DNA from: Alphaproteobacteria bacterium
GTDB lineage: Bacteria; Pseudomonadota; Alphaproteobacteria; RF32; CAG-239
Assembly (NCBI GenBank): GCA_900767645.1
Contig: CAAFZY010000021.1
Location: 11,137-75,136, forward strand
Length of the DNA: 64,000 bases
Direction: 5' to 3'
A model generated the notes under the pieces. That model saw only the letters and a list, made by a program, of their open reading frames with translations, made no database searches and was not told the origin of the DNA. A program made the translations under genes and the position numbers. Below, one piece after another: positions 18,177 through 28,279 of the stretch. Position 1 is the first letter of the stretch. Every line of letters begins with the position of its first letter.

Positions 18177-18806
18177 ATGTATACACAATCCGGTCGGTCT
18201 ATGGTGGAGATGCTTGGCGTTTTGGCGATTATCGGCGTTCTGTCAGTCGGCGCTATCGCCGGTTACTCCAAGGCAATGATGAAATACAAACTAAATCAGC
18301 ACGCTCAGGCGGTAAGTATGCTGATTAATAATGTGCTGCAGCTAAAAGGGCAACTGCAATATGAACCTGATACCGAAACATGTTATGGCGAATTGTTTAA
18401 AAAGATGAACTTACTGCCTGATGGAATAAATTATGTTACCAATTGCGGTCTGACAGAAAAGTGGTTTAACGGTAATATCAGTATTTATTATAACAACAGT
18501 CCAACAGGAACAAGGCAAAATAATTTTGGCGGGCTTATATTCAGTCTTCCGGTATCATCGCAAGGCGAGGAGATATGCCGCAATATTTTGTTTGCGGCAA
18601 AAGAAAACGCCGCTAATTTATGGCAGGTTGAGTTGGTAAAGCGAACATCAGATTCCGTCGCTATATATCCGGAAAAAGCGCTTTTAGGTAATAATTATTG
18701 CGAAAAAGGTGAAAAATGCCTAAACAATATGACCTTGAATGATACAGATGTTGCTTGCAATATATGCGATGGAGAATCATGCTCTTTGTATGTGCTGTAT
18801 GAATAA
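18177..18806 (+). CDS. type IV pilin-like protein, paralog B, short 6-aa leader
   Basis: MYTQSG|RSMVEMLGVLAIIGVLSVGAIAGY. Conserved EICRN..AKENAANL and the C-terminal CNICDGESC motif. The ORF-track TTG start at 18159 lies in the RBS region. Confidence 0.7.
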   Translation: MYTQSGRSMVEMLGVLAIIGVLSVGAIAGYSKAMMKYKLNQHAQAVSMLINNVLQLKGQLQYEPDTETCYGELFKKMNLLPDGINYVTNCGLTEKWFNGNISIYYNNSPTGTRQNNFGGLIFSLPVSSQGEEICRNILFAAKENAANLWQVELVKRTSDSVAIYPEKALLGNNYCEKGEKCLNNMTLNDTDVACNICDGESCSLYVLYE

Positions 18807-18975
18807 CCTGCCAATTTATAAAATAATGCGCTTTGTGCGTATTCAGCCGGTACAAGTAGAATAAAATCTTTCACAGAACAGAAAAACAATTAAATAAATT
18901 TATCAAACTAAAGGGGTGATTACAAAACATGCTTTTGTCGCATAATGTATATTATGTATACAAAACGGGCGGAAA

Positions 18976-20556
18976 TTACAATAAAGAGGCTTTTATCAGT
19001 GTTTTGGCGTATTCTGACTGCGGTTTCTTAAATACATTGTCCGTAGCGCCTTGCTCAATAATTTGTCCGTCTTTCATCACGGCAACGCTATCTGCAATCG
19101 CTCGCACAGCACGCATATCATGCGATATAAACACATATGCAATATTGAACTTTTGTTGCAAACTATTAAGCAAATCAATGATTTGTGCCTGAATAGTTAC
19201 ATCAAGCGCTGAAGTCGGCTCATCTAAAATTACCAGTTTAGGATTAACTATCAAAGCTCTGGCGATGGCTATACGCTGCCGCTGTCCGCCTGAAAATTCA
19301 TGCGGATATTTGTATAAGTCATCTGCGCTTAAACCTACTTCAGATAACATTGTAATAACTTTTTGCGTAATTTCTTCTTGTTTCAAACGCGGAAAATGCA
19401 CTTTTAAGCCTTCAGATATAATTTCAAGCACATTTAAGCGCGGATTTAAAGAATTGTACGGATCCTGAAACACAATTTGCACGTTTTTACGAAACTCACG
19501 GCTTTTAATTTCAAGTCCTGCTAATTGTATTTTGCCGGAAAATTTAATCATATCGGCTAAACACATACCCAACGTGGTTTTACCGGAGCCGCTCTCGCCG
19601 ACTATGCCTAACGTTTGTCCCGAACAAAGCGCTAAAGACACATTGTTTACGGCATACAAACGCTTGGTTATCTTTCCGAAAAAGTTTTTTTCAAGAGGAT
19701 AAGCAACCGTTATGTTCTCAGCTTTTAATATTTTTTGCTCTTCGTATTTTTTGTTTGTTTTCAGTAAGCTGGAAGAATGTATTAACCTTTTTGTATAATC
19801 ATTTTGCGGATGTGAAAATATATATTCAGCCTCTCCGCTTTCAATAATTTTGCCATTGTGCATTACAATTATTTTATCGGAAATTTTACGCACCAAACGC
19901 AAATCATGACTGATAAACAATATTGAAATATTAAGCTTATTTTTTAAATCAAGCAGCAAATTGATAATTTGCTCTTGAATAGTAACATCTAAGGCTGTGG
20001 TCGGTTCATCAGCGATTAAAATCTGCGGATTATTGGCGATTGCCATAGCAATCATCACGCGTTGCCGCTGTCCGCCGGAAAGTTCATGCGGATAAGCATT
20101 ATATCTTGCCGCCGGATTTTTAATGCCGGCTAATTTCAAAAGCCTTACAGTTTGTCGTTTGGCTTGTTTTAGCGTCATTTGTTGATGCGTAAGCAGATTT
20201 TCGGCCACTTGCTCGCCTACTCTGTGCAACGGATTTAATGACGACATCGGCTCTTGAAATATAAAGCCGATTTGTCCGCCGCGAATTTGCCTTAAATTTT
20301 GTTCCGGAGCACCAATCAGCTCCTCTCCGTTGAATCTGATTGAAGAATTGTCGGTGATTTCGGCTTTACCTTGCGGCAGTAAGCCTAATACAGACAGCGC
20401 GGTTACCGATTTACCGGAGCCGCTCTCGCCGACTATGCCTAAAACTTCGCCTTTTTTAAGGCTGAAAGCAATGTTATCAACGGCAATAAACGGTGATTGA
20501 TTATTACGTTTAAATATTACAGATAAATTTTTAACTTCCAACAAATTTTCGGTCAT
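18976..20556 (-). CDS. yejF: ABC transporter ATP-binding protein, two fused ABC domains (YejF-like)
   Basis: Collinear by eye with E. coli YejF. Two Walker A sites (GESGSGKS/T) and two LSGGQRQR signatures. Confidence 0.85.
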   Translation of the reverse strand: MTENLLEVKNLSVIFKRNNQSPFIAVDNIAFSLKKGEVLGIVGESGSGKSVTALSVLGLLPQGKAEITDNSSIRFNGEELIGAPEQNLRQIRGGQIGFIFQEPMSSLNPLHRVGEQVAENLLTHQQMTLKQAKRQTVRLLKLAGIKNPAARYNAYPHELSGGQRQRVMIAMAIANNPQILIADEPTTALDVTIQEQIINLLLDLKNKLNISILFISHDLRLVRKISDKIIVMHNGKIIESGEAEYIFSHPQNDYTKRLIHSSSLLKTNKKYEEQKILKAENITVAYPLEKNFFGKITKRLYAVNNVSLALCSGQTLGIVGESGSGKTTLGMCLADMIKFSGKIQLAGLEIKSREFRKNVQIVFQDPYNSLNPRLNVLEIISEGLKVHFPRLKQEEITQKVITMLSEVGLSADDLYKYPHEFSGGQRQRIAIARALIVNPKLVILDEPTSALDVTIQAQIIDLLNSLQQKFNIAYVFISHDMRAVRAIADSVAVMKDGQIIEQGATDNVFKKPQSEYAKTLIKASLL

Positions 20557-21569
20557 CGGTTTTTCCTTGCGTCAAAAGCATCGCGCACGCCCTCACCGAT
20601 AAAAATCAGCAAAGTTAATAATCCGGATAAAACAATAAAAATGGTTATGCCAATCCATGGCGCTTGTAAGTTATCTTTGCCTTGCCGAACTAAATCGCCC
20701 AAGGACGGATACTCGTTTGATAACCCCAAGCCCAAGAAGTCAAGCGAGGTTAGCGCTACAATGGCTTCCGATAAAATAAACGGAATAAAAGTTACGCTTG
20801 TGACTAAAGTATTTGGCAGTATGTGTCTGAAAATAATGCGAAAATTGCCAACTCCCAGAGCTTTGGCCGCTGCCACATATTCAAAATTGCGAGTGCGTAA
20901 AAATTCTGCGCGCACCATAGAAGTTAATGACGTCCACGAAAACAGCATTAAAATCAGTAAAATGGTCCAAAATGTGGGCAAAAATACGCTGGCGACAATG
21001 ATTAAAATAAAAAGTTGCGGTAATGATTCCCATATTTCAATAAAGCGCTGCAAAATTAAATCTACCTTACCGCCGAAATATCCTTGAACAGCGCCGATTA
21101 CAATACCGATAATCGAAGAAAATGCCGTTAGTAAAAAAGCAAACAATACCGACAGCCTGATGCCGTACAAAATGCGGGCGGCAATATCTCTGCCCTCATC
21201 ATCGGTGCCTAAAAGATGGTGCTTATTAGGAGCAGACGGCACCGGAGTGTTAATTTCATAGTCAACGGTATTATATGAAAAAGGTATCGGCGGCATTAAC
21301 ATCCAACCGTTGTTTTTTATATTATCTGCAATGTACTTATCCTGATAATCGGCAGGAGTCGGAAAATCGCCGCCGAAAAATTCATCTGTATAGGTTGTGG
21401 CTATCGGAAAATAAAATTGCCCTTTATACTTTAATAACAGAGGTTTATCATTGGCGATAAGTTCTGAAAACAACGATATGGTAAAAACCAAAATAAAGAT
21501 TACGGCTGAAATTTTAGCACGTTTATTTTGCTTAAAAGCATTAAAGCGTTGTTTCCAAACCGGACTCAT
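20553..21569 (-). CDS. yejE: ABC transporter permease (YejE-like)
   Basis: Collinear by eye with E. coli YejE (SELIANDKPLL ... RAEFLRTRNF.Y..AA.ALGV). Confidence 0.85.
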   Translation of the reverse strand: MSPVWKQRFNAFKQNKRAKISAVIFILVFTISLFSELIANDKPLLLKYKGQFYFPIATTYTDEFFGGDFPTPADYQDKYIADNIKNNGWMLMPPIPFSYNTVDYEINTPVPSAPNKHHLLGTDDEGRDIAARILYGIRLSVLFAFLLTAFSSIIGIVIGAVQGYFGGKVDLILQRFIEIWESLPQLFILIIVASVFLPTFWTILLILMLFSWTSLTSMVRAEFLRTRNFEYVAAAKALGVGNFRIIFRHILPNTLVTSVTFIPFILSEAIVALTSLDFLGLGLSNEYPSLGDLVRQGKDNLQAPWIGITIFIVLSGLLTLLIFIGEGVRDAFDARKNR

Positions 21570-23572
21570 TTATTTTCAGACTCTTTCAATAACAATTCAT
21601 TTTGCAAATCAGGCGTTGCGGAATCTTGCTGCTCGGTTACATTCGCCGGCAATGGTTTGTCTTTGGTAACAATATCAAGTTTTGCGTTATTGTTGATTTT
21701 GTTGATGTAGCACCATTTCATGTACCATTTTTCAAAATCAGGCACATATGATATTGCTTCTTGTTCCGTAATATCAAGAGCCGCAAGCCGATTAACCAAC
21801 TCGTCTTTTAAGCTTTGGTGAATATTAACCGCTTCCAACCCTTTGCAATCGGCATCATGATATATATATTGGCGCAAAATGTCTTGAGTACGGCAAATGT
21901 TGTCGTCGATATTAATTTGCTTGTTGTTAGGAGATTTTATCGCCAAGGTGGTCATTTTATCGTATAAAAAGTTATTGATAAAATCATCGTAAGGAATGTT
22001 TTTGAAATCATCAACACTGGACATGCCGTTAATTACAATAACAGATTTATTGAGTATACCGGCATTGTCAAGTTTGTTTATAAATTCTTGTAATTTACCA
22101 AACAAGCATTGTGTTTGTTCAAAATAAGCATAGCGTTTGGCTTTAGTGTTATCCGTTTTTATCCAAGGCATATTTTCCATATTAATCCACTTTTCGCGAG
22201 GTTTTATGCTGCAAAATTCATCATATACAAACATATCGGACGGTATATCAGCATACACAAAGTAAGCTTGCGGGCCTTTATCGTTAATTACATCCTCGGC
22301 TACGATATCAAAAGTTTTCACAGAGTTAATAACGTACAGATTGTTATAATTGATGCCAACCATCGGTATTGTTTCGGGTTGCCCGAAAATGCGCAAAGCC
22401 TGATAAATGCCGGACATATCTTTAAAGATTTTCATGCTGGAAATCCATTCAATCAAGAGCACCTGCGAACGGTCAATCGAGCTCATGTCCGAGCTGTATA
22501 AATTAACCGGACGATTAAGCTTTTCCATACAACGATCAACATTAAACACGTGGTTTTTATGGCACAAATCAAACCCGCGCGACTTATAAGCGGAAATTTT
22601 GTATCCGGCTTTGCGGAATGTATCAAACATCTGATTATCTTTTAAAAAGATATATTCGTCATTAACGTTAAAAAATTTCCAATACTTATAAATCATCATG
22701 GTGTCTAAAATGTGTTTTGAGGCTTCATCATCGCTGAACAAATTAACCGCCAGCACCATATTAATAAACGAATTGTTTTCTTCGTTATAAGAGTTTGAAA
22801 ATATACTGAATTTGTTTTTGGCGTAAAATCCGTTAATAAGCTGCGTCACCTTTTGAGCTTTAGCATCGTTAATGCTGTGAAAATATTTAGTCGGAGCTAA
22901 GTTCGGCAACATTAAATAAATAAATTTTTTATCGGTATCGGAAGAATACTCTTTTAACTGAGATTGATAAAGTTCTATAAAATCATGCTGATTTTTAATA
23001 TTGTTTAATTCATGACGTAAAATTCCGATAAATGCAACCGCAAACAATAATACATAAACTGACAAGATTATGATGTTGGCACGCCATAATAACCATAACA
23101 CCAATAAAGCAAGCAATACCGAAACCACAATATATGAGCCGATGTATAAAAAGTGCGGTGTGGCAGAACCCATTAAGTTATGCACAAATTCATCCAAAAA
23201 AGTTTGAATATCAAATTGAGCGAATTGATTAAACAATACTATTGAAAACCAACAAGTTACCAATGCGCATATAATATTTTGCATTAATTGCGAAAATGAA
23301 AAAATCGACATAATAAGCAAAGATAAAAACAGGATTGCCGCCATTAAACCGACTAATTCGGTCGCCAACACATAGTTTCCGCCGAAAATATTTAAGTTAC
23401 CGGAATCGGTAAACAAAATTAAGTCGATGGCCATTAATAAAAATATGTATAAGGCTTTTAATATGGTGCTTATAATCAGTGCGGGTATTTTAAATTTAGG
23501 CTGAGCTTTATGACCGCGAAAAAACTTTTCGCTTTCAAAGGTAAGCGGTGAGCGGAAATGGCGTCCATACAT
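21566..23572 (-). CDS. polytopic membrane protein with a large C-terminal soluble domain, unknown function
   Basis: 668 aa with about 5-6 N-terminal TM helices. The C-terminal domain only loosely recalls sulfatase/phosphoethanolamine-transferase layouts and shows no obvious catalytic Ser/Thr motif. ATGA overlap with yejE. Confidence 0.55.
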   Translation of the reverse strand: MYGRHFRSPLTFESEKFFRGHKAQPKFKIPALIISTILKALYIFLLMAIDLILFTDSGNLNIFGGNYVLATELVGLMAAILFLSLLIMSIFSFSQLMQNIICALVTCWFSIVLFNQFAQFDIQTFLDEFVHNLMGSATPHFLYIGSYIVVSVLLALLVLWLLWRANIIILSVYVLLFAVAFIGILRHELNNIKNQHDFIELYQSQLKEYSSDTDKKFIYLMLPNLAPTKYFHSINDAKAQKVTQLINGFYAKNKFSIFSNSYNEENNSFINMVLAVNLFSDDEASKHILDTMMIYKYWKFFNVNDEYIFLKDNQMFDTFRKAGYKISAYKSRGFDLCHKNHVFNVDRCMEKLNRPVNLYSSDMSSIDRSQVLLIEWISSMKIFKDMSGIYQALRIFGQPETIPMVGINYNNLYVINSVKTFDIVAEDVINDKGPQAYFVYADIPSDMFVYDEFCSIKPREKWINMENMPWIKTDNTKAKRYAYFEQTQCLFGKLQEFINKLDNAGILNKSVIVINGMSSVDDFKNIPYDDFINNFLYDKMTTLAIKSPNNKQINIDDNICRTQDILRQYIYHDADCKGLEAVNIHQSLKDELVNRLAALDITEQEAISYVPDFEKWYMKWCYINKINNNAKLDIVTKDKPLPANVTEQQDSATPDLQNELLLKESENK

Positions 23573-23663
23573 TTTTTATTATCCTGTTATTATTCATAGA
23601 TGTTTTATTATTTACAAAGATGCCGCCAATAACAAGTTTTTATACATACCTATCCACAATAAT

Positions 23664-23699
23664 AAAAAGAGCGGAGAAGTAAATCCCCGCTCTTTTTTT
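23664..23699 (-). terminator. rho-independent terminator downstream of rpsD
   Basis: agagcgg/ccgctct stem flanked by A- and T-runs. Confidence 0.6.
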
Positions 23700-23715
23700 G
23701 AGTAATACGTCCGGA

Positions 23716-24330
23716 CTATCTGGAGTAAAATTCGATAACCAGATTCGGTTCCATAAGAGCCGCATACGGAATATCATCAAACTTCGGTACAAAAGTAAAT
23801 TTTGCCGATAATTTTTTATTGTCTACTTCCAAGTAAGACGGAGCTTCACGGCTCTGTGATTCAACAGAAGCAACAACCAAAGCCATAGATTTTGATTTTT
23901 CTCTGACTTCGATAACATCGCCGACTTTTACCATGTATGAAGGAATATTTACTTTTTTGCCGTTTACGGTTACGTGGCCGTGATTTACAAACTGACGAGC
24001 AGCAAATACGGTCGGAACAAATTTGGCTTTGTATACCAAGTTATCCAAACGTGATTCAAGCAAACCGACCAAGTTTTCAGCAGCGTCACCCGAACGACGA
24101 ATAGCTTCGGCGTAATATTTGTGGAATTGCTTTTCTGAAATGTTACCATAGTAGGTTTTTAATTTTTGCTTAGCATATAATTGCTCGCCGTAGTCAGTGG
24201 TCTTTTTTCTTCTTTGACCGTGTTGACCGGGAGCATAGCTGCGTTTGTTAATCGGGCTGTTGGCATCACCCCAAAGGTTTACGCCATAGCGACGGCTGGG
24301 TTTTTTCTTTGCAGAAACGATACTTTTCAT
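23716..24330 (-). CDS. rpsD: 30S ribosomal protein S4
   Basis: 204 aa with a typical S4 N-terminus and an S4 RNA-binding domain. Confidence 0.95.
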   Translation of the reverse strand: MKSIVSAKKKPSRRYGVNLWGDANSPINKRSYAPGQHGQRRKKTTDYGEQLYAKQKLKTYYGNISEKQFHKYYAEAIRRSGDAAENLVGLLESRLDNLVYKAKFVPTVFAARQFVNHGHVTVNGKKVNIPSYMVKVGDVIEVREKSKSMALVVASVESQSREAPSYLEVDNKKLSAKFTFVPKFDDIPYAALMEPNLVIEFYSR

Positions 24331-24525
24331 TAAATTAAATCCTTATATTGTTATTTTAGGTTATTGTCCCGATAGTTTTAAACATAAATTCAAAACGGGA
24401 TACATGTATCCGCTTTCTCGGAAGTGAGGCTAAAATAATACAAATTAAATCAATATGCAAGCAAAAACTTAAAATAAAACTGGAATTTTGAAAAATTAAA
24501 CGTAAAATAAGGAACGGAGGGCAAA

Positions 24526-26247
24526 ATGTCATACAATTTGTTGTTTGAAAAAGCTAATGAGTTATATTCGGCCGGAGCATATAATCAGGCAGAAGATTTG
24601 TATCGGCAGATTTTAGAGGCAGTGCCCGAAAACCCCGATGTTTTATGTATGATGGGATTAACCGCTCATGCTAAAGGTTGTTTTGATGAAGCATGCGAAT
24701 ATTTCTATAAGGCGTTGCAATATACTCCCCGTCATGTACCGCTTTACTTTAATTTGGCCGTTTCATTAACAGCGGCCGGAAAATCGCATGAGGCAATAAA
24801 CGCTTATTTTGAAGTGATAAAATTAAACCCGCACATAAAAGAAGCTTATAATAATTTAGGGGGAATTTACGAAAGCTTAAATCAGCCGGAAGCAGCCGAA
24901 GAATATTATCGCAAGGCATTGGCTTCAGATGCGTCATACCTGGAACCGGCAGTTAATTTAGCCATGCTTGAAAATGATGTAATCACTTTGCAAAATCTGG
25001 CCGATAAGAATCCGACTTCAGCCCTGCCCTTATATTATTTATCCTTGTTGAATTTTAAGCAAAATAATTTTACAAAGGCGGACGAATATATTAAATCAGC
25101 ACAAAATTTTGATAACGCTTCGGCAGATATTTATTTACTTGCCGGCAATATTGCCTTAAAACTTAACAACTTTGATGAGGCCTCTAAAGCTTTTACAAAC
25201 GCTTTGCAAATAAACGCTAAATGCGTTCCGGCGCTTATTAACCTTGCCTTACTCACACAAGATGAAAGTTTATACCGCAAAGCGCTTGATTTAGCACCGG
25301 ATAACGCTGATGCGCATGCCGGATTGGCAGCTCTTTTGTATCGGCAAAAGCGCACATTGGAAGCGTTGGAGGAATATCGACGGACGGTAATTATTAATCC
25401 TGACATACCTGAAGTGAGCAATAATTTAGCAATGATATTAAAAGATATCGGCGAGTATGAACGCGCGGCCGATTTGCTCTTAAACGCCATTAAGCAAGCG
25501 CCGCAATACGTTGAATTTTCTGTTAATTTGGCGGAAATACTCACCTTATTTTATTATCAACAGCCTGAAAACGCTAAAAAAATTGCCAAGCAATGGCAAA
25601 AGTTTATGCCGGATAATTTATTTGCCAACCGCGTAGTTGCCGCATTTAACGGAAGCAAGAGTGTCAATAGTAAGCCCTACTCCGAAGCCTTGTTTGATGT
25701 GTTTGCCGAAAATTATGAGCAAATCATGCAAAATATTAATTATTCCGCCATAAACAAACTTAAAGAAATAGGCTTTGCGCCCATAGGCAAAATTTTAGAT
25801 TTAGGTTGCGGAACCGGTTTGGTCGGGCAAGCCTTTAAATCGGCCGAAAATAAATTTACCGGCGTTGATATTTCACAAAAAATGCTTGATATGGCGGCGC
25901 TAAAAAATGCATATACCGATTTAATTAAAGATGACATTGTGCATTTTTTGCACACATCAAACTTGAAGTTTAACTTTATTATAGCTCTCGACGTGGTTGA
26001 ATATATTGACGATTTTACGGATATGATTATGCAAATGAAACATATCCCGTTTGTTTTTACAATTGAAAATGCTTCTGAAAAAGTAACCGATTTTCAGCTT
26101 GACGCCAGCGGAAGATACCGACATAATCCGCAATATATCCGTAATCAGCTTGCCGATGCCGGGTACAAAAACATTACATCATATCCGCTGATTTTGCGAC
26201 AAGAGAACGGCACTGATGTAAACGGAACTCTGTTTTGGGCGGAATAA
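24526..26247 (+). CDS. TPR-repeat protein fused to a class I SAM-dependent methyltransferase
   Basis: Multiple TPR-like repeats in the first ~370 aa, then ILDLGCGTGLVG (SAM motif I). Confidence 0.75.
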   Translation: MSYNLLFEKANELYSAGAYNQAEDLYRQILEAVPENPDVLCMMGLTAHAKGCFDEACEYFYKALQYTPRHVPLYFNLAVSLTAAGKSHEAINAYFEVIKLNPHIKEAYNNLGGIYESLNQPEAAEEYYRKALASDASYLEPAVNLAMLENDVITLQNLADKNPTSALPLYYLSLLNFKQNNFTKADEYIKSAQNFDNASADIYLLAGNIALKLNNFDEASKAFTNALQINAKCVPALINLALLTQDESLYRKALDLAPDNADAHAGLAALLYRQKRTLEALEEYRRTVIINPDIPEVSNNLAMILKDIGEYERAADLLLNAIKQAPQYVEFSVNLAEILTLFYYQQPENAKKIAKQWQKFMPDNLFANRVVAAFNGSKSVNSKPYSEALFDVFAENYEQIMQNINYSAINKLKEIGFAPIGKILDLGCGTGLVGQAFKSAENKFTGVDISQKMLDMAALKNAYTDLIKDDIVHFLHTSNLKFNFIIALDVVEYIDDFTDMIMQMKHIPFVFTIENASEKVTDFQLDASGRYRHNPQYIRNQLADAGYKNITSYPLILRQENGTDVNGTLFWAE

Positions 26248-26254
26248 GCTTTAA

Positions 26255-26983
26255 TTAATAAAAGTTTTTATCCCCTTTTATGCGTTTACTCGGACGCATG
26301 TCTATAAGTTTTCCGTCTTTAAGCGTAACCAGTCTATCCATTTTGGCGGCAAGTTCCATGTTATGGGTTGCAATTAAGGCTGAAAGTCCGGTTTCTTTCA
26401 CAATATCAAGCAATGCAAAAAACACATTATCTGATGTGTGAGGATCTAAGTTGCCGGTCGGCTCATCGGCCAACAGAAGTTTAGGCGTGTTTGCCAAAGC
26501 GCGGGCAATGGCAACTCTTTGCTGCTCGCCCCCCGAAAGTTCGGACGGACGATGGCTGATTCTGTCTTTCAGCCCCAAACGCGACAGCAACCATTCGGCT
26601 TTTTCTTTAACATCTTTGGTGTTTTTACCGGCAATCAGTTGCGGCATCATAACATTTTCAAGCGCATTAAAATCAGGCAACAGGTTATGATATTGATAGA
26701 CAAAGCCCAAATAATCGCGGCGCAAAGATGTGCGCACTCCGTCATCGGCTTTAGAACAATCTTCGCCATCAAGAAGAATTTGTCCTGATGAGGGTTTGTC
26801 AAGCAAACCGGCAATTTGCAATAAAGTTGATTTACCGGAACCGGACGGACCGATTAACGCCACCACCTCATTGGGCGCAATTGATAATTCAACGCCGTTC
26901 AGCACTTCAAGCTTTTGTTCACCCTGATAATAGTGTTTGTATATATCTTGAAGTTGCAAAGTGTTTACAGGTTTATTACTCAT
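26255..26983 (-). CDS. lolD: lipoprotein-releasing system ATP-binding protein LolD
   Basis: Walker [18 protein letters not shown] and Walker B LLLADEP. The start was trimmed to the ATG at 26983, which overlaps the lolC stop (ATGAGTAA). Confidence 0.85.
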   Translation of the reverse strand: MSNKPVNTLQLQDIYKHYYQGEQKLEVLNGVELSIAPNEVVALIGPSGSGKSTLLQIAGLLDKPSSGQILLDGEDCSKADDGVRTSLRRDYLGFVYQYHNLLPDFNALENVMMPQLIAGKNTKDVKEKAEWLLSRLGLKDRISHRPSELSGGEQQRVAIARALANTPKLLLADEPTGNLDPHTSDNVFFALLDIVKETGLSALIATHNMELAAKMDRLVTLKDGKLIDMRPSKRIKGDKNFY

Positions 26984-28223
26984 AACGCAAGGCCTCCACC
27001 GGATCAAATTTTGCAGCGCGATATGCCGGATAAATTGTGGCTAAAAATGACAATAACAGCGAAACTCCGACCACAACGCCAACCTCGGTCCAGTCAATTT
27101 CAGCCGGAAGTTTGGATAGAAAATAAATTTCAGCCGAAAAAAGTTCGCGGCCGGACAAGCCTTCCAAAAATCGGCGGATAGAATCAATGTTTTCACAAAA
27201 CACTACGCCTAAGCCCAAGCCGATAAGCGTTCCAACCACACCGATAAATGCGCCGTCCATGAAAAAGATACGCATAATCATACCTTTGGTTGCCCCCATG
27301 GTGCGCAAAACCGCAACATCGCGACCTTTATCCTTAACCAACATAATCAAGCCGGTAATAATGTTAAATGCCGCCACCAATATAATCAAAGTCAAAATCA
27401 AAAACATAACATTGCGCTCAACGTCTATGGCGTTGAAAAAGGCAGAATTGCTTTGTTTCCAATCATAAACATAGCCATCGTAACCGATACTTTGTTCTAT
27501 AATTTCACGAATTTTAAGTAAATCTTCATCATGGAGCAAGGTTACATCTATCTGAGTTGCCGCTTCAGGCAAGCTGAAATAAATTTGAGCCGACTCTAAA
27601 GGCATAAACAAATGGGTTGAATCGTACTCATACATACCAACGTTAAAGGTACCCAAAACCTGATAAGTTTTCATTCTTGGCACGGTTCCGAATGCTGTTA
27701 CTTTGCCGTTTGGCGAAATAAGGGTGATTTCATCGCCGGCAATTACACCCATCTTGTTAGCCAAACGTTCGCCCAAAATAACTTTATTGCCGCTGAATTG
27801 TTCAATATCAACTCCGGCAAGTCCGTTGCGGATAACTTGTTTTTTAAGTAAATCTTCTTTGTTTATTCCGCGTACAATCGCCCCTTCGGCAGTGCCGCTG
27901 CCTGAAATTAACAATTGCTTTTCAATCATCGGAATGGCAACTTCCACACCTTCGATTTTTTCAATATCGGCTGCCGCATTTTTATAGTCGGTAAACGGAA
28001 ATCCTTGCGCGGCAACGATGGTAATGTGTCCGTTAATCCCAAGTATTCGCGACAGGAGCTCGCTTTTAAACCCGTTCATTACCGCCATAACAATAATTAA
28101 CGTTGCCACACCCAATGCAATGCCGGTAAACGCGAACCCCGTAATTACCGAGATAAATCCCTCTTTGCGTTTGGCTCTTAAATAACGGCCTGCAACCATT
28201 CGTTCAAATTTTGAAAAAATCAT
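26976..28223 (-). CDS. lolC: lipoprotein-releasing ABC transporter permease, LolC/LolE family
   Basis: 415 aa with MacB-like/FtsX topology, and it is adjacent to lolD. Confidence 0.85.
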   Translation of the reverse strand: MIFSKFERMVAGRYLRAKRKEGFISVITGFAFTGIALGVATLIIVMAVMNGFKSELLSRILGINGHITIVAAQGFPFTDYKNAAADIEKIEGVEVAIPMIEKQLLISGSGTAEGAIVRGINKEDLLKKQVIRNGLAGVDIEQFSGNKVILGERLANKMGVIAGDEITLISPNGKVTAFGTVPRMKTYQVLGTFNVGMYEYDSTHLFMPLESAQIYFSLPEAATQIDVTLLHDEDLLKIREIIEQSIGYDGYVYDWKQSNSAFFNAIDVERNVMFLILTLIILVAAFNIITGLIMLVKDKGRDVAVLRTMGATKGMIMRIFFMDGAFIGVVGTLIGLGLGVVFCENIDSIRRFLEGLSGRELFSAEIYFLSKLPAEIDWTEVGVVVGVSLLLSFLATIYPAYRAAKFDPVEALRYE

Positions 28224-28279
28224 TTATTTCTTCTCCCTGCCCTGATTGTAACGGGGCTGTTTGCGGTTTGCAAATAAAA

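Noticed and set aside
25131-25544. Antisense ORFs of 60-160 aa nested in well-supported genes. Examples are 1251-1580, 3420-3905, 7543-7962, 25131-25544, 37464-37763 and 53102-53425.
   Set aside because: In each case the opposite strand encodes a protein with clear family motifs. The antisense frames are low-complexity, which is typical of chance ORFs.
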